NCBI GenBank assembly: GCA_016184125.1
Contig: JACPDG010000037.1
Span: 107,502 to 171,501 of the forward strand
DNA length: 64,000 nucleotides
Direction: 5' to 3'
Source: Candidatus Rokuibacteriota bacterium
Lineage (GTDB): Bacteria > Methylomirabilota > Methylomirabilia > Rokubacteriales > CSP1-6
Part shown: piece after piece, positions 38,758 through 48,716 of the stretch
How positions within the stretch are numbered: the stretch's first letter is position 1
Layout: each line of letters starts with the position of its first letter
Program-made: the position numbers and the translations under genes
Notes under the pieces: model-generated
Seen by the model: the letters and a program-made list of their open reading frames with translations, nothing else
Told to the model about the DNA's origin: nothing
The model's database searches: none

Positions 38758-39723
38758 ATGTACCTCAAGTTCTACGGCCTGCGCGAGGCGCCGTTCGCCC
38801 CCACGCCGGATCCGAAGTTCCTCTTCCAGTCGACCCGTCACCGCGAGGCGCTCGCGCAGCTCGTCTACGGCGTGCGCGAGCGCAAGGGCTTCATCGTGCT
38901 CACCGGCGAGATCGGCACGGGCAAGACGACGCTGCTCCGCACGCTCCTCGAGCGGCTGGACGGGCAGACCCCCGTCGCATACGTCCACAACTCGGCCCTC
39001 GAGATCGAGGGACTGCTCGAGTACATCCTCCACGACTTCGGCGTGAAGTCCACCGCCCGGAGCCAGGCCCAGCGGCTCGTGGAGCTCAACGAGTTCCTCA
39101 TCGAGCAGCACCGCCAGGGGCGGTCGCCCGTGCTCGTGATCGACGAGGCGCAGAACCTCGCCATTCCCACCCTCGAGGCCGTGCGCCTGCTCTCGAACTT
39201 CGAGACCACGCACGAGAAGCTGATGCAGATCCTGCTCGTCGGGCAGCCGGAGCTCCGCGACAAGCTGAACGCGCCGGAGCTCCGGCAGCTCAAGCAGCGC
39301 GTCGGGCTGCGCTGCCACATCGCCCCGCTGTCGCCCGAGGAGGCGCGCCTCTACATCCGGCACCGCCTGCGCGTGGCCGGCGCCGCCGACGCGGGTCTCT
39401 TCACGGACGGCGCGATCCAGACGATCGCGGAGTACTCGCAGGGCACGCCGCGCGTGATCAACATCGTGTGCGACCACTGCCTGCTCACCGGCTACGCGGA
39501 TTCGACCAGGCGCATCGACGCCGACATCGCCGGCGAGGCCATCGAGTACCTCGAGGACGGCGAGCGGCGCGAGTGGAAGCGCAGCCGCCACGTGCGGCTC
39601 GTGCCCAGCCGCACGGCCGTGTGGGCGGCGCGCAGCGGCGTCGCCGTCCTCGTGGTCCTCGTCGCCCTCATGCTCGTCTTCGCCGCCAACGCCCTCGGCT
39701 GGCTCGGCGGCGTCATTCGATAG
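38758..39723 (+). CDS. ExeA-like AAA+ ATPase of exosortase/EPS loci
   Basis: MYLKFYGLREAPF...Walker A GEIGTGKTTL. Domain order matches the 'PEP-CTERM locus ATPase' family. Confidence 0.85.
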   Translation: MYLKFYGLREAPFAPTPDPKFLFQSTRHREALAQLVYGVRERKGFIVLTGEIGTGKTTLLRTLLERLDGQTPVAYVHNSALEIEGLLEYILHDFGVKSTARSQAQRLVELNEFLIEQHRQGRSPVLVIDEAQNLAIPTLEAVRLLSNFETTHEKLMQILLVGQPELRDKLNAPELRQLKQRVGLRCHIAPLSPEEARLYIRHRLRVAGAADAGLFTDGAIQTIAEYSQGTPRVINIVCDHCLLTGYADSTRRIDADIAGEAIEYLEDGERREWKRSRHVRLVPSRTAVWAARSGVAVLVVLVALMLVFAANALGWLGGVIR

Positions 39724-39732
39724 AGGAGCCCC

Positions 39733-40845
39733 ATGAGCAAGTTCTTCCAGGCCCTCGAGAACGCCGACCGGGAGCGCACGGCCAGGCACGGCCGGACCGC
39801 GGACTCGTCCGAGCCGACCGCGGCGCTCACGGCCGTCGTCGACGCACCGGCCGCGACCGTCGCCGTGGACGCGGCGCTGGCCGGGGCCGAGACGGATGTC
39901 GGGCCGCCGAATGGCGGCAGCGTCCCGTCGGTGGAGCCCACTCCCCCCGGTGCCGTCGATCGCCCGGCGGCCGCGGCGAGCGCGCCCAGGGCCACCGCCC
40001 CGACGCGCCGGGCGACCACCCCGACCACCACGTATGGCGCGCCGCTGTCCCGCCGCCGGAGCGGGCGCGGGGCGCATGCGGACGCCCTCGCCGACACGTT
40101 CGCGCCCGTGGACGTCGAGGAAGCGGGCGAGCTCGACGACCACCTGGTGAGCCTCCTGGCGCCGACGAGCTTCGCCGCCGAGCAGTACCGCACGGTGCGG
40201 CTCGCGATCGAGACGCACCAGCGCGAGCGCGGCCTGCACGTCGTCGCCGTGTCGAGCCCCGGTCGCCGTGAGGGCAAGACGGTGACGGCCATCAACGTCG
40301 CAGGCGCCCTCGCGCAGGCGCCGGACGCCCGCGTCGCGCTCGTCGACGCGGACCTGCGCCACCCGCGGCTCGCGGCGTACCTGGGCAGGCCCGCCACGCG
40401 CGGACTCTCGGCGTACCTGCTCGACTCGTCCCTCGGCGTGGACGACGTCGTGCAGAAGACCGGCGCCGCGGCCTTCTCGGCCGTCGTCGCCGGGCCGCCG
40501 TCCTCGATGCCGTACGAGCTGCTCAAGTCGCCGCGCCTCGTGGCGCTGTTCCAGGCGCTCCGCGCGCGCTTCGACTACGTCGTCGTCGACACGCCGCCGG
40601 TGCTGCTCTTCCCCGACGTCGGCATCCTCCGCGACGCCGTCGACGGGTTCGTGATCGTCGTCCGCGCCAACCACACGCCGCGTGAGGGCGTCCTCGACGG
40701 TCTCGACACGGTCGGTCGTCACCGGGTCGTGGGTCTGGTCTTCAACGACGACGGGCGACACGTCGCGGCGACGTCCGACGCCGAGCCCGACCGCGGGTGG
40801 CGTCGGTACTTCTCGCTGAGGCTCGGAGGCAGTCTCGTTGACTAA
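39733..40845 (+). CDS. Chain-length-determinant tyrosine-kinase-like P-loop protein (EpsG/BY-kinase catalytic-domain type)
   Basis: Walker A SSPGRREGKTVTAINVA, Walker A' VDADLRHP, and a C-terminal Tyr/Arg-rich tail (GWRRYFSL). Confidence 0.75.
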   Translation: MSKFFQALENADRERTARHGRTADSSEPTAALTAVVDAPAATVAVDAALAGAETDVGPPNGGSVPSVEPTPPGAVDRPAAAASAPRATAPTRRATTPTTTYGAPLSRRRSGRGAHADALADTFAPVDVEEAGELDDHLVSLLAPTSFAAEQYRTVRLAIETHQRERGLHVVAVSSPGRREGKTVTAINVAGALAQAPDARVALVDADLRHPRLAAYLGRPATRGLSAYLLDSSLGVDDVVQKTGAAAFSAVVAGPPSSMPYELLKSPRLVALFQALRARFDYVVVDTPPVLLFPDVGILRDAVDGFVIVVRANHTPREGVLDGLDTVGRHRVVGLVFNDDGRHVAATSDAEPDRGWRRYFSLRLGGSLVD

Positions 40846-41701
40846 CGTCCTCACCGTCGACGTCGAGGAGTACTACCACGGCGTGGAGTTCGGGCAGGCG
40901 CTGGGCATCGAGGAGCTCGCCCGCCTGCCGAGCCGCGTGGTGCCCGAGACGAGCCGGCTGCTCGACGTCCTCGACGCCGGCGGCGCGCGCGGGACCTTCT
41001 TCACGCTGGGCGTCGTCGCCGACCGTTACCCGCGCCTCGCGCGCGAGATCGTCGCGCGCGGCCACGAGCTCGCGTCGCACGGCTGGGACCACACCGTGGT
41101 CACGCGCCAGGACCGCGAGCGATTCCGGCTCGACGTCCGGCGCGCCAAGCACGCGCTCGAGCAGGCGACGGGACGCGCCGTGCGAGGCTACCGGACGCCC
41201 AACTTCTGCCTGACTCGCTCGACGCCGTGGTTCTTCGAGGCGCTCGCCGAGGAGGGCTACGCGTACGACTCGAGCGTCCACCCGATCACGCACGACCGGT
41301 ACGGGCTCCCGGACGCGCCGCGCTTCCCGTACTCGGTGCCGGCCGGCCGCGGCGCCACGCTCTGGGAGGTTCCGGTCGGCACCGCGCGCCTCGGCCGGAC
41401 AAACCTGCCGTTCGGTGGCGGATTCTTCCGCCTGTTCCCCCAGGCCCTCGTGCGGCACGCGATGGCGAGCGTGAACCGCCGCGAGGGCCGGCCCGTCGTG
41501 TTCTACCTCCACCCGTGGGAGCTGGACCGCGACCAGCCGCGCCCGCCGATGACGCTGCTCCACCGCTTCCGTCACTACGTCGGCATCCGCGCTGCCGAGT
41601 CGAAGCTCGCCGCGCTCCTCGCGGCGTTCCGGTTCACCTCCATCGAGCGGGCGTTCGCGGACGTCACACGGCCGGCCCTCCTCGAAGCGAACGCCGGGTG
41701 A
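40838..41701 (+). CDS. Polysaccharide deacetylase (PEP-CTERM-locus subfamily)
   Basis: Probable TTG start after GGAGG. MTNVLTVDVEEYYHG (NodB motif 1), FFTLG, HGWDH. Confidence 0.85.
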   Translation: MTNVLTVDVEEYYHGVEFGQALGIEELARLPSRVVPETSRLLDVLDAGGARGTFFTLGVVADRYPRLAREIVARGHELASHGWDHTVVTRQDRERFRLDVRRAKHALEQATGRAVRGYRTPNFCLTRSTPWFFEALAEEGYAYDSSVHPITHDRYGLPDAPRFPYSVPAGRGATLWEVPVGTARLGRTNLPFGGGFFRLFPQALVRHAMASVNRREGRPVVFYLHPWELDRDQPRPPMTLLHRFRHYVGIRAAESKLAALLAAFRFTSIERAFADVTRPALLEANAG

Positions 41702-41705
41702 GAGA

Positions 41706-41808
41706 GGAGCCCGTGAACGAATCCGGTGCCCGAGCCGCGTCCCGGGTCCCCCGGGACGCGTGCGAGCGACCGGGGGGGCTTGGGGGGGCTTCGATAGTCC
41801 CCCCCATG
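41706..41808. repeat. Hairpin repeat family, copy F (inverse orientation); supplies the udk start codon
   Basis: ..CTTGGGGGGGCTTCGATAGTCCCCCCCATG. The terminal CCCCCCATG is the ATG of the uridine kinase gene. Confidence 0.75.
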
Positions 41809-42456
41809 TTCGTCATCGGCATCGCAGGGGGCAGCGGCAGCGGCAAGACGACGCTGGCGGGCGCGGTTGCGAGCGCGCTCGGCCCGGATCGCGTCGCGCT
41901 GCTCGCGCACGACGCGTACTACCGGGACCGGAGCACCCTCGACCCCGAGGCGCGCGCGCTCGTCGACCACGACGTGCCGGACGCGCTCGACCACGAGCAA
42001 TTCCTCGCCGACCTCGCGCGCCTGAAAACGGGTCAGCCCGTCCGTCCCCCGCGGTACTGCTTCGCGACGCACCGCCGCATCGGGACCGAGGACCCGATCG
42101 AGCCGCGCGAGATCCTGATCGTCGAGGGCCTCCTGCTCTTCCACGACCCGGCGGGGCGCGAGGCGCTCGATCTGCGGATCTTCGTCGACGCGCCCGCCGC
42201 GCTGCGCCGGCAGCGGCGCATCGCGCGGGACACCGTCGAGCGCGGCCGCACGCGCGAGTCGGTCGTGCGGCAGTTCTCGGCGACCGTGTACCCGGCGCAC
42301 GTCGCGTACGTGGGGCCGACCAAGGCGTACGCGCACCTGGTCCTGCTGAACGCCGGCGCGCTCGCCCCGCTCGCCGAGGTCGCGGCGACCGTCATTCGCA
42401 CGCACCTCGCCCGGCGCATGGAGGACTCGCTCGGTGCCCGCAGACAGCTTGCGTAG
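41806..42456 (+). CDS. udk: Uridine kinase-family protein
   Basis: P-loop IGIAGGSGSGKTT, with D..YY.D and the EG.LLF motifs aligning with Udk over the full length. Confidence 0.8.
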   Translation: MFVIGIAGGSGSGKTTLAGAVASALGPDRVALLAHDAYYRDRSTLDPEARALVDHDVPDALDHEQFLADLARLKTGQPVRPPRYCFATHRRIGTEDPIEPREILIVEGLLLFHDPAGREALDLRIFVDAPAALRRQRRIARDTVERGRTRESVVRQFSATVYPAHVAYVGPTKAYAHLVLLNAGALAPLAEVAATVIRTHLARRMEDSLGARRQLA

Positions 42457-43696
42457 AGCCCCGGCCCGCGGGGGCGACGAGGTCATCGACTTCCCGCTCT
42501 GCCGGGACCCGCGCCACGAGGCCGCGATCCGGCGCGTGCTCGTGCGCTGCCTCGACGTCGTGCAGGAGCGGCTCGGCTCGGACAAGCTCGTAGCGCTCGT
42601 GCTGACCGGCAGCTTCGCGCGCGGCGAGGGGAGCGTCATGAGCGGCGAGCGCGTGCCGCGCGTGCTCGGCGACATCGAGTTCCTCGCCGTGTTGCCGGGC
42701 GAGGTCGACTTCCACCGGCTCCGCGGCTCCTTCCCCGCGTGGAGCGAAGAGGCGAGCCGGCTCGCGAGCGACGAGGTGCGTGTCGACATCGAGTTCGGCC
42801 CCGTCGAGATCGGCTATCTCGCGCGGCGCGCACGGCCCTCGATCTTCGTCTACGACCTGATCCGCCACGGCAAGGTGATCGCGGGCCGTGCGGACATCCT
42901 GGGCGAGGTGCCGGCGTTCACGCCGGCCGACATCCCGCCGCACGACGCGGTCCACCTCGTCTTCAACCGGCTCATCGAGCAGCTCGAGGCGTACGACCGG
43001 GCCGCGGAGCTCGACGACATCGCACTCTGGGACGTCGCGTACCAGCGGACCAAGCTCGTCCTGGATCTCGCCGGCTCCGCGCTCGCGTTCCGGGGTCGTC
43101 ACGAGCCGTCCTATGCCAGCCGCCCCCGCGCGTTCGCCCGGCTGCTCGAGGAGGAGCCCGCGCTCGCGCTCGCGCTCCCGCCGGGCTTCCTCGGCGAGCT
43201 CGACCGGGCGGCACGCCTGAAGCTCGTGCCGGGCGACGGTCGGGACGTTCTGCCCCCGCACCTCCCACCCGCAGCGCAGCGCGCATGGGTCCGCGAGCGC
43301 ATCGTCGCCGGCGTGCCAGCCGTCGCCTCCGTGCTCCGCTGGGAGCTCGAAGCCTTGCTCGGAATGCACGGCGACCTGCCGCCCCTGCTCGCTCGCTGGA
43401 TGCGCCGGCACCACTGGACGCGCCGGGCCTGGGACTGGACGAAGGTCGCGCTGCACCCGGTGCCGGCGCCCGTGCCGCTCGCGCGCATCCGCGCCGCCCG
43501 GCGCGCCGTCACGTCGACGCCGCGCGCGCTCCTCTACACGGCCGGCGCGCTCGCGTACCTGAACCTGCATCGCCCCACCGCCCGCCCGTCGGCGATCGCA
43601 CGGCTGCTGTTCGTGCGGCGCGCGGCACGCCGAGACCCGGCCGCGCAGCGGCAGACGATCACGTTGCTCTGGCGGTGGTGCGTGCGCAACACCTGA
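42434..43696 (+). CDS. Hypothetical protein with a Pol-beta-like nucleotidyltransferase motif
   Basis: GSFARGEG..S...D.EF region near the N-terminus, the rest unassigned. GTG start overlapping the udk stop. Its position inside the EPS operon is notable. Confidence 0.45.
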   Translation: MPADSLRRAPARGGDEVIDFPLCRDPRHEAAIRRVLVRCLDVVQERLGSDKLVALVLTGSFARGEGSVMSGERVPRVLGDIEFLAVLPGEVDFHRLRGSFPAWSEEASRLASDEVRVDIEFGPVEIGYLARRARPSIFVYDLIRHGKVIAGRADILGEVPAFTPADIPPHDAVHLVFNRLIEQLEAYDRAAELDDIALWDVAYQRTKLVLDLAGSALAFRGRHEPSYASRPRAFARLLEEEPALALALPPGFLGELDRAARLKLVPGDGRDVLPPHLPPAAQRAWVRERIVAGVPAVASVLRWELEALLGMHGDLPPLLARWMRRHHWTRRAWDWTKVALHPVPAPVPLARIRAARRAVTSTPRALLYTAGALAYLNLHRPTARPSAIARLLFVRRAARRDPAAQRQTITLLWRWCVRNT

Positions 43697-43706
43697 GGAC
43701 TCCCGA

Positions 43707-44990
43707 ATGCCCTTGGAGCCGCTGTCGATCTACGTGCTCGTGGACGCGCTCGGCTGGGAGCTCATCAAGGACCGGCCGTTCCTCGACGACATCCTCACCG
43801 AGAAGCGCTCGCTCACGACCATCCTCGGCTACAGCTCTGGCGCGATCCCGTCCATTCTCTGCGGGAGACCGCCGAGCGAGCACGGCCACTGGAACCTCTT
43901 CTACTACTCGCCCGCCACGTCGCCGTTCCGCTGGACCCGGCCGCTCTCACGCCTCCCCGCGCCACTGCGCGAGAACCGCGTGGCGCGCCGGCTGCTCAAG
44001 GGCGTCGCGCGACGGGTGTCGGGGTACACCGGCTACTTCTCGCTCCATGCGTACCCGGTGCCGCACCTGCCGTACTTCGACATGACCGAGAAGCGGGACA
44101 TCTACCAGCCGGGCGGCCTCGATGCGCCCTCGATCTTCGATGTCTTCGTCCGGCACGGGATCCGGTGGGAGACCTACAGCTACCACCGCCACACGGACGC
44201 CCAGATCCTCGACCTGGCGCCGCGCCGCGCCCGGCAGACGGACGCGCGCGTGCTCTTCCTGTACCTGTCCGGCCTCGATCACTACCTGCACTGGAACGTG
44301 CACGATCGCGAGGGCGTCCACGCGCAGCTCGACTGGTACGCGCACGGCCTCCGTGAGATCTGGCGCGCGGCGCAGCAGGCGCGGGACGACGTCCGCATGG
44401 TGCTCTTCTCCGACCACGGCATGACGCCGATCCGATGGACGTACGATCTCGCCCGCGACGTCCGCGCGCTCGGCCTCCGGCTCCCCGGCGACTATCTGTC
44501 GGCCTACGATTCGACGATGGCCCGCTTCTGGGTGTGGAACGACCGTGCGCGCGCGACGCTCGAGGCGCTGCTCGCCGACCATCCGTGCGGGCAGCTCCTC
44601 TCGCCGGCCGAGCTCGACCGGCTCGGCGTCTGGTTCGAGGACGGCCGGTACTACCACCTGCTTTTCCTCGCCCGGCCGGGCCTGCTCATCTCTCCGAGCG
44701 ACATGGGGCACGTCCGCTTCGCCGGCATGCACGGCTACCACCCGAGCGAGCCGACGGCCGACGCCGTGCTGCTGTCGACCATCGAGGTCCCCAAGCCGGT
44801 CGACCACATCACCGCCATCCAGCGCGTCTTGCTGGGCGACCTCGGCGTTCCTGGAAGTGGGGGCCCCGACATGGCCCCCACACCCCCCGCGCTCGGAAGC
44901 GCCCCGGGTTCCCCGGGGCGCTCCTCGACCACGCGATCGAGCCACCAGCCGCCGGCGTTGGAGGTCGCGACACCGGTGAAGCACACGTGA
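43707..44990 (+). CDS. Alkaline-phosphatase-superfamily protein (type I phosphodiesterase/nucleotide pyrophosphatase family)
   Basis: IYVLVDALGWE, the FSDHGMTP metal-site motif, and a C-terminal HGYHPSEP. Confidence 0.7.
   Translation: MPLEPLSIYVLVDALGWELIKDRPFLDDILTEKRSLTTILGYSSGAIPSILCGRPPSEHGHWNLFYYSPATSPFRWTRPLSRLPAPLRENRVARRLLKGVARRVSGYTGYFSLHAYPVPHLPYFDMTEKRDIYQPGGLDAPSIFDVFVRHGIRWETYSYHRHTDAQILDLAPRRARQTDARVLFLYLSGLDHYLHWNVHDREGVHAQLDWYAHGLREIWRAAQQARDDVRMVLFSDHGMTPIRWTYDLARDVRALGLRLPGDYLSAYDSTMARFWVWNDRARATLEALLADHPCGQLLSPAELDRLGVWFEDGRYYHLLFLARPGLLISPSDMGHVRFAGMHGYHPSEPTADAVLLSTIEVPKPVDHITAIQRVLLGDLGVPGSGGPDMAPTPPALGSAPGSPGRSSTTRSSHQPPALEVATPVKHT
44858..44945. repeat. Hairpin repeat family, copy G, inside the 3' end of the alkaline-phosphatase-like ORF
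   Basis: GGGGGCCCCGACATGGCCCCCACACCCCCCGCGCTCGG... The last ~45 aa of the ORF are repeat-encoded. Confidence 0.7.
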
Positions 44991-46159
44991 GCCCGATCCG
45001 CCTGCTCTTCGTCCTCACGTCCGCGGTGCGTGGCGGCGTGGAAGAGGTCGTCCTGGCGCTCGCGACCCGCCTCGATCGCTCGGAATTCCGGGTCGCGATC
45101 GCCGCGCCCGCGACGCTGCTCGACGCGTTCGCCGCGGACCTCGCGCGGCATCCCGTCGACACGCTCCCCGTCGACGCCGAGAGCTGGCTCAGACGCGCCG
45201 AGGTGGACCGCTTCGCGCGCTTCCTTCGCGCCTGGCGTCCGGAGATCGTGAACCCCCACTTGTTCCGGTCGACGCTCGTGTCCGTCCCGCTCGCCCGCTG
45301 GCACGGCGTCCCCGCGATCGTCGAGACGTACCACGGCCGGGAAGGCTGGCGACAGGACCGGCTCAGTTCGAGCCACGATCGAGCGCCCGGGCGCTCGATC
45401 GTGGCTCGAACTCTCGGCGCGTCGTTCGCACTCGACCGCGCGATGAGCCACCTCATCGATCGCGTCATCGCCGTATCGGAGGCGGCTCGTGACTTTCTCG
45501 TCCACGGCAAGGGGTACGCGGCCCGCAAGGTGGTCGTCGTCCCGAACGGCCGCGATCTCACGACGTTCACGCCCGGCGTGCACCGCGAGCAGATCAGGAA
45601 GGAGCTCGGGCTCGACGGCTCGGTCCCCATCGCCGGCGTCGTCGGCCGCCTCGAGATGCAGAAGGGCCACGCCTACCTCCTCGAGGCGTGGCCCGCGGTG
45701 CTCGCCGAGCTGCCCGACGCTCGGCTCGTGCTCGCCGGCGATGGCAGCCTGCGCGACGCGCTCGTGCAGAAGGCAGGTGCGCTCGGCATCGCCGACCGCG
45801 TGATCTTCCTCGGCTTCCGGCCGGACGTGCCCCGCGTCCTCGACGCGATCGACGTCCTGGCGCTGCCGTCCCTCTACGAAGGCATGCCGCTGACGGCGAT
45901 CGAGGCGGCCGCGATGGCGCGTCCCGTCGTCGCCACCGCGGTGGACGGCACGGTGGAGGTCGTGCGCGACGGGGTGACCGGCTCGCTCGTTCCGCCCGGC
46001 GATCCACCCGCACTCGCACGGGCGCTGACCGCGATCCTCGGTGATCCCCCCCGAGCCGCGCGCATGGGGGCGTCCGGACGCGCCTGGGCGTGCGAGCGCT
46101 TCGACCTGGACCGGCAGGTGGAAGCGACCGCGCGGGTCTACCGGAGCGCTCTGGCATGA
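44987..46159 (+). CDS. Glycosyltransferase family 1 (GT4-type), EPS locus
   Basis: GTG overlapping the upstream stop. GT1 C-terminal motifs (GRLE.QKG, LPSLYEG.P....EA.A) are present. It carries a 16-aa in-frame insert encoded by a 48-nt palindrome. Confidence 0.85.
   Translation: MSPIRLLFVLTSAVRGGVEEVVLALATRLDRSEFRVAIAAPATLLDAFAADLARHPVDTLPVDAESWLRRAEVDRFARFLRAWRPEIVNPHLFRSTLVSVPLARWHGVPAIVETYHGREGWRQDRLSSSHDRAPGRSIVARTLGASFALDRAMSHLIDRVIAVSEAARDFLVHGKGYAARKVVVVPNGRDLTTFTPGVHREQIRKELGLDGSVPIAGVVGRLEMQKGHAYLLEAWPAVLAELPDARLVLAGDGSLRDALVQKAGALGIADRVIFLGFRPDVPRVLDAIDVLALPSLYEGMPLTAIEAAAMARPVVATAVDGTVEVVRDGVTGSLVPPGDPPALARALTAILGDPPRAARMGASGRAWACERFDLDRQVEATARVYRSALA
45365..45412. repeat. 48-nt perfect palindrome (AGTTCGAGC-N30-GCTCGAACT) inserted in-frame in the GT1 gene
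   Basis: Verified self-reverse-complementary. It has the same length and 9-nt ends as the element at 796-843 and encodes SSSHDRAPGRSIVART within the ORF. Confidence 0.9.
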
Positions 46160-47553
46160 GTGAACCGCTGTTCTGGCTCGCCGCGCTGCTGCTCGCGTAC
46201 ACGTGGGCCGGCTACCCGCTCGTGCTGGGTCTCGTCACGCGTCGCGCGCGCCCGCGTCGACGTGAGCTCATGGGGGGATTGTCGATGCCCCCGACACCCT
46301 TACGAAGGGGGCTCACGCCCCCCTCGTCCCCCGGCCCCGCGCTCGGAGCGCCCCGGGGGGGGCGCGCGGACGCACCCGTGCGGTGCGCGGACGCACCCGT
46401 GCGGTGCGCGGACGCACCCGTGCGGTGCGCGGACGCACCCGTGGTGCGCGGACGCACCCGACAAAGCCGTGGCGCTCCTCGATCACCCGATTCGCTCTCA
46501 CGCCGCCGGACGTGCCCGCGAGTCAGCGTGATCGTCGCCGCGTACAACGAGGGCGGGTGCATCGCCGGCAAGATCCGCAGCACGTTCCAGCAGCGGTACC
46601 CCTGGGACTGCCTCGAGCTCATCGTCGTTTCCGACGGCTCGACCGATGGAACGGACGATGTCGTGAAGCGGTATCCGGACCCGCGCGTGAAGCTGATCCG
46701 GCAGGAGCCCCGCAGCGGGAAGTCGGTGGCCCTGAACCGGGGCGTCGCCGCCGCGCGCGGCGACGTCCTCGTCTTCACGGACGCGAACGCCGTGTTCGCG
46801 CCCGGCGCGATCGCGCGCCTCGCGGCGCCGTTCGACGACCGGCGGGTCGGCCTCGTCTCGGGACAAGGCCTCTACGCGTCCGGCGCGGCCGATGCCCGCG
46901 CGGTGTCGAACGGCTACGTCCGCTTCGAGGCGTTCCTCAAGCGTGGCGAGGCCGCGCTCGGCTTCGTCGCCGGGGCGGACGGGGCGATCTACGCGTTGCG
47001 GCGCGAGCTGTATCGCGAGCTGCACGGCGCGCAGGTGAACGACCTCCTGCACCCCGTCCAGGCGGCGCTGGCCGGGACCCTGTGCCGCTTCGATCCGAAG
47101 GCGTTCACCCTCGAGCCGCCGTCGCGCGGGGGCAGCCAGGAGTTCAGCCGGCACGTGCGGATCATCGCGCAGGGAGTCCACATCGTGCGCGAGTGGCTCC
47201 CCCGACTCGTCGCCGCGCGCCGCTGGCGCGCCGTGTGGATGCTCGTGTCGCACCGCATGCTCCGCTGGGTGACCGCGCCGTCGCTCGGCGTGATGCTGCT
47301 CGCGAACGCGCGACTCGCCGGCGGTGACACGTTCTACGCCATCACGCTGGCCGGACAGGGTCTGTTCTACGCGACGGCGCTCACCGGGTACCTCGCCGAG
47401 CGGCTCGGCGTCCACCTCGGGCCCCTCGCAATTCCGTACTACTTCTGCACGGTCGCAGCCGCCGGCATCGTCGGTCTCGCCCGGTTCGCGCGGCGCGGCG
47501 CCGAGAGCGTCTGGGCACCCCGGGGGCACGCCGCCGTGTCGAAGCGTGCATGA
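46156..47553 (+). CDS. Glycosyltransferase family 2 with an in-frame ~88-aa repeat-element insertion
   Basis: N-terminal TM helix (LFWLAALLLAYTWAGYPLVLGL), then the repeat-encoded segment, then the GT2 core (VSVIVAAYNE, VVSDGSTDGT, DAN). The frame is maintained throughout. Confidence 0.7.
   Translation: MSEPLFWLAALLLAYTWAGYPLVLGLVTRRARPRRRELMGGLSMPPTPLRRGLTPPSSPGPALGAPRGGRADAPVRCADAPVRCADAPVRCADAPVVRGRTRQSRGAPRSPDSLSRRRTCPRVSVIVAAYNEGGCIAGKIRSTFQQRYPWDCLELIVVSDGSTDGTDDVVKRYPDPRVKLIRQEPRSGKSVALNRGVAAARGDVLVFTDANAVFAPGAIARLAAPFDDRRVGLVSGQGLYASGAADARAVSNGYVRFEAFLKRGEAALGFVAGADGAIYALRRELYRELHGAQVNDLLHPVQAALAGTLCRFDPKAFTLEPPSRGGSQEFSRHVRIIAQGVHIVREWLPRLVAARRWRAVWMLVSHRMLRWVTAPSLGVMLLANARLAGGDTFYAITLAGQGLFYATALTGYLAERLGVHLGPLAIPYYFCTVAAAGIVGLARFARRGAESVWAPRGHAAVSKRA
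46269..46505. repeat. Hairpin repeat family copy H with internal 21-bp x ~4.5 tandem repeat, inside the GT2 coding sequence
   Basis: CATGGGGGGATTGTCGATGCCCCC... followed by GCGCGGACGCACCCGTGCGGT x4, which encodes RCADAPV repeats. Confidence 0.8.
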
Positions 47554-48716
47554 AGGTTGATCGACACGGGGGGGAGCGGTCGCCGCGACCGGCCGCGCCC
47601 GGGGGCACGGCGCTCACCGTGCGGCGCATCTACAACGCCGATCGGTGGAACTGCATCGTCCAGGGCTTCCCGCGGTACGACCTCAGGCAAGGGTTCGAGT
47701 GGGGCGAGCTGAGGGCCGAGCAGCGCTGGCGTCCCGTCCGGTTCGCGGTCTTGCGTGACGCGGAACCGGTCGCCGCGTGCGCGGTGCTCTGCCGCGCGAT
47801 CCCCGGCGCGGGCGGCATCCTCTATGTCCCGCGGGGGCCGCTGTTCCGGTCCGACGTTCCCGCCGGTCTCGATCGCGTCCTCGAAGAGCTGAGGGCGCTC
47901 GGTCGGCGCACGCGCGCGATCGCCGTCCGGATCAGCCCGCCCGTGCCGATGGACGACACCGACAGCATCGCGTGCCTCGACCGCAGCGCGCTCGCGACCG
48001 TGCCGGAGCCCTGGACGACGTGGAACTCGCCGCGCTACGTGCAGGTGCTCCATCTCCGGCGTCACGAGGCGGAGCTGCTCCGCGGCGTCCGCCGGCGGTT
48101 CCGCGAGTACATCGCCGCGGCACCGCGCCGGCGGCTCGTCATCGAGCCGTCGGACCGTGACGACGACCTCGTCGAGTTCCACGCGCTCATGCTGGACGCC
48201 GGGCGCATGAAGGGCTTCCCGGTCCGCGATCTCGCCTGGTACCGCGCGCTCGTGCGTCACTACCGGCCGGAACGTGCCGTCACGCTGCTCGTCGCCCGCG
48301 AGCAGGACACGATGGTCGGCGGACTGCTGGCGGTTCGCTTCGGACGCAAGAGCTACATGCTCTACACGTCGGTGCGCGGGACCCTCGCGGAGTCCGCCCG
48401 CCACCACGTCGCGCCGGCGCTCTGCTGGGAGTACAGCCGGCGGGCGCGCGCCGAAGGATGCGAGCTGGCCGACCTCGGTGGCACCGGCGTCGGCATCCCG
48501 CCGCAGGAGGGGGACCCGGGCTGGGGTCTCTACCACTTCAAGGCCGGGCTCGGATGCTCCCTGGAGACGTTCGTCCACCTGCGCGACATGGTGCTCCGGC
48601 CGCTCCTCTATCGCCTGTTCCGCGCCTGCGAGGCGCAGCTTCTGCCGCCCCTGTGGCGGCTCGTCGCCCGTGCGCCTCGAGCATGGCCGGCGCGCCTCGT
48701 CGGGGCGGCGGCGTGA
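47550..48716 (+). CDS. FemAB-family (GNAT-fold) protein, exosortase-locus subfamily
   Basis: Acyltransferase fold with the LYHFK...C motif near the C-terminus. ATG overlaps the GT2 stop (ATGA). Confidence 0.75.
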   Translation: MKVDRHGGERSPRPAAPGGTALTVRRIYNADRWNCIVQGFPRYDLRQGFEWGELRAEQRWRPVRFAVLRDAEPVAACAVLCRAIPGAGGILYVPRGPLFRSDVPAGLDRVLEELRALGRRTRAIAVRISPPVPMDDTDSIACLDRSALATVPEPWTTWNSPRYVQVLHLRRHEAELLRGVRRRFREYIAAAPRRRLVIEPSDRDDDLVEFHALMLDAGRMKGFPVRDLAWYRALVRHYRPERAVTLLVAREQDTMVGGLLAVRFGRKSYMLYTSVRGTLAESARHHVAPALCWEYSRRARAEGCELADLGGTGVGIPPQEGDPGWGLYHFKAGLGCSLETFVHLRDMVLRPLLYRLFRACEAQLLPPLWRLVARAPRAWPARLVGAAA

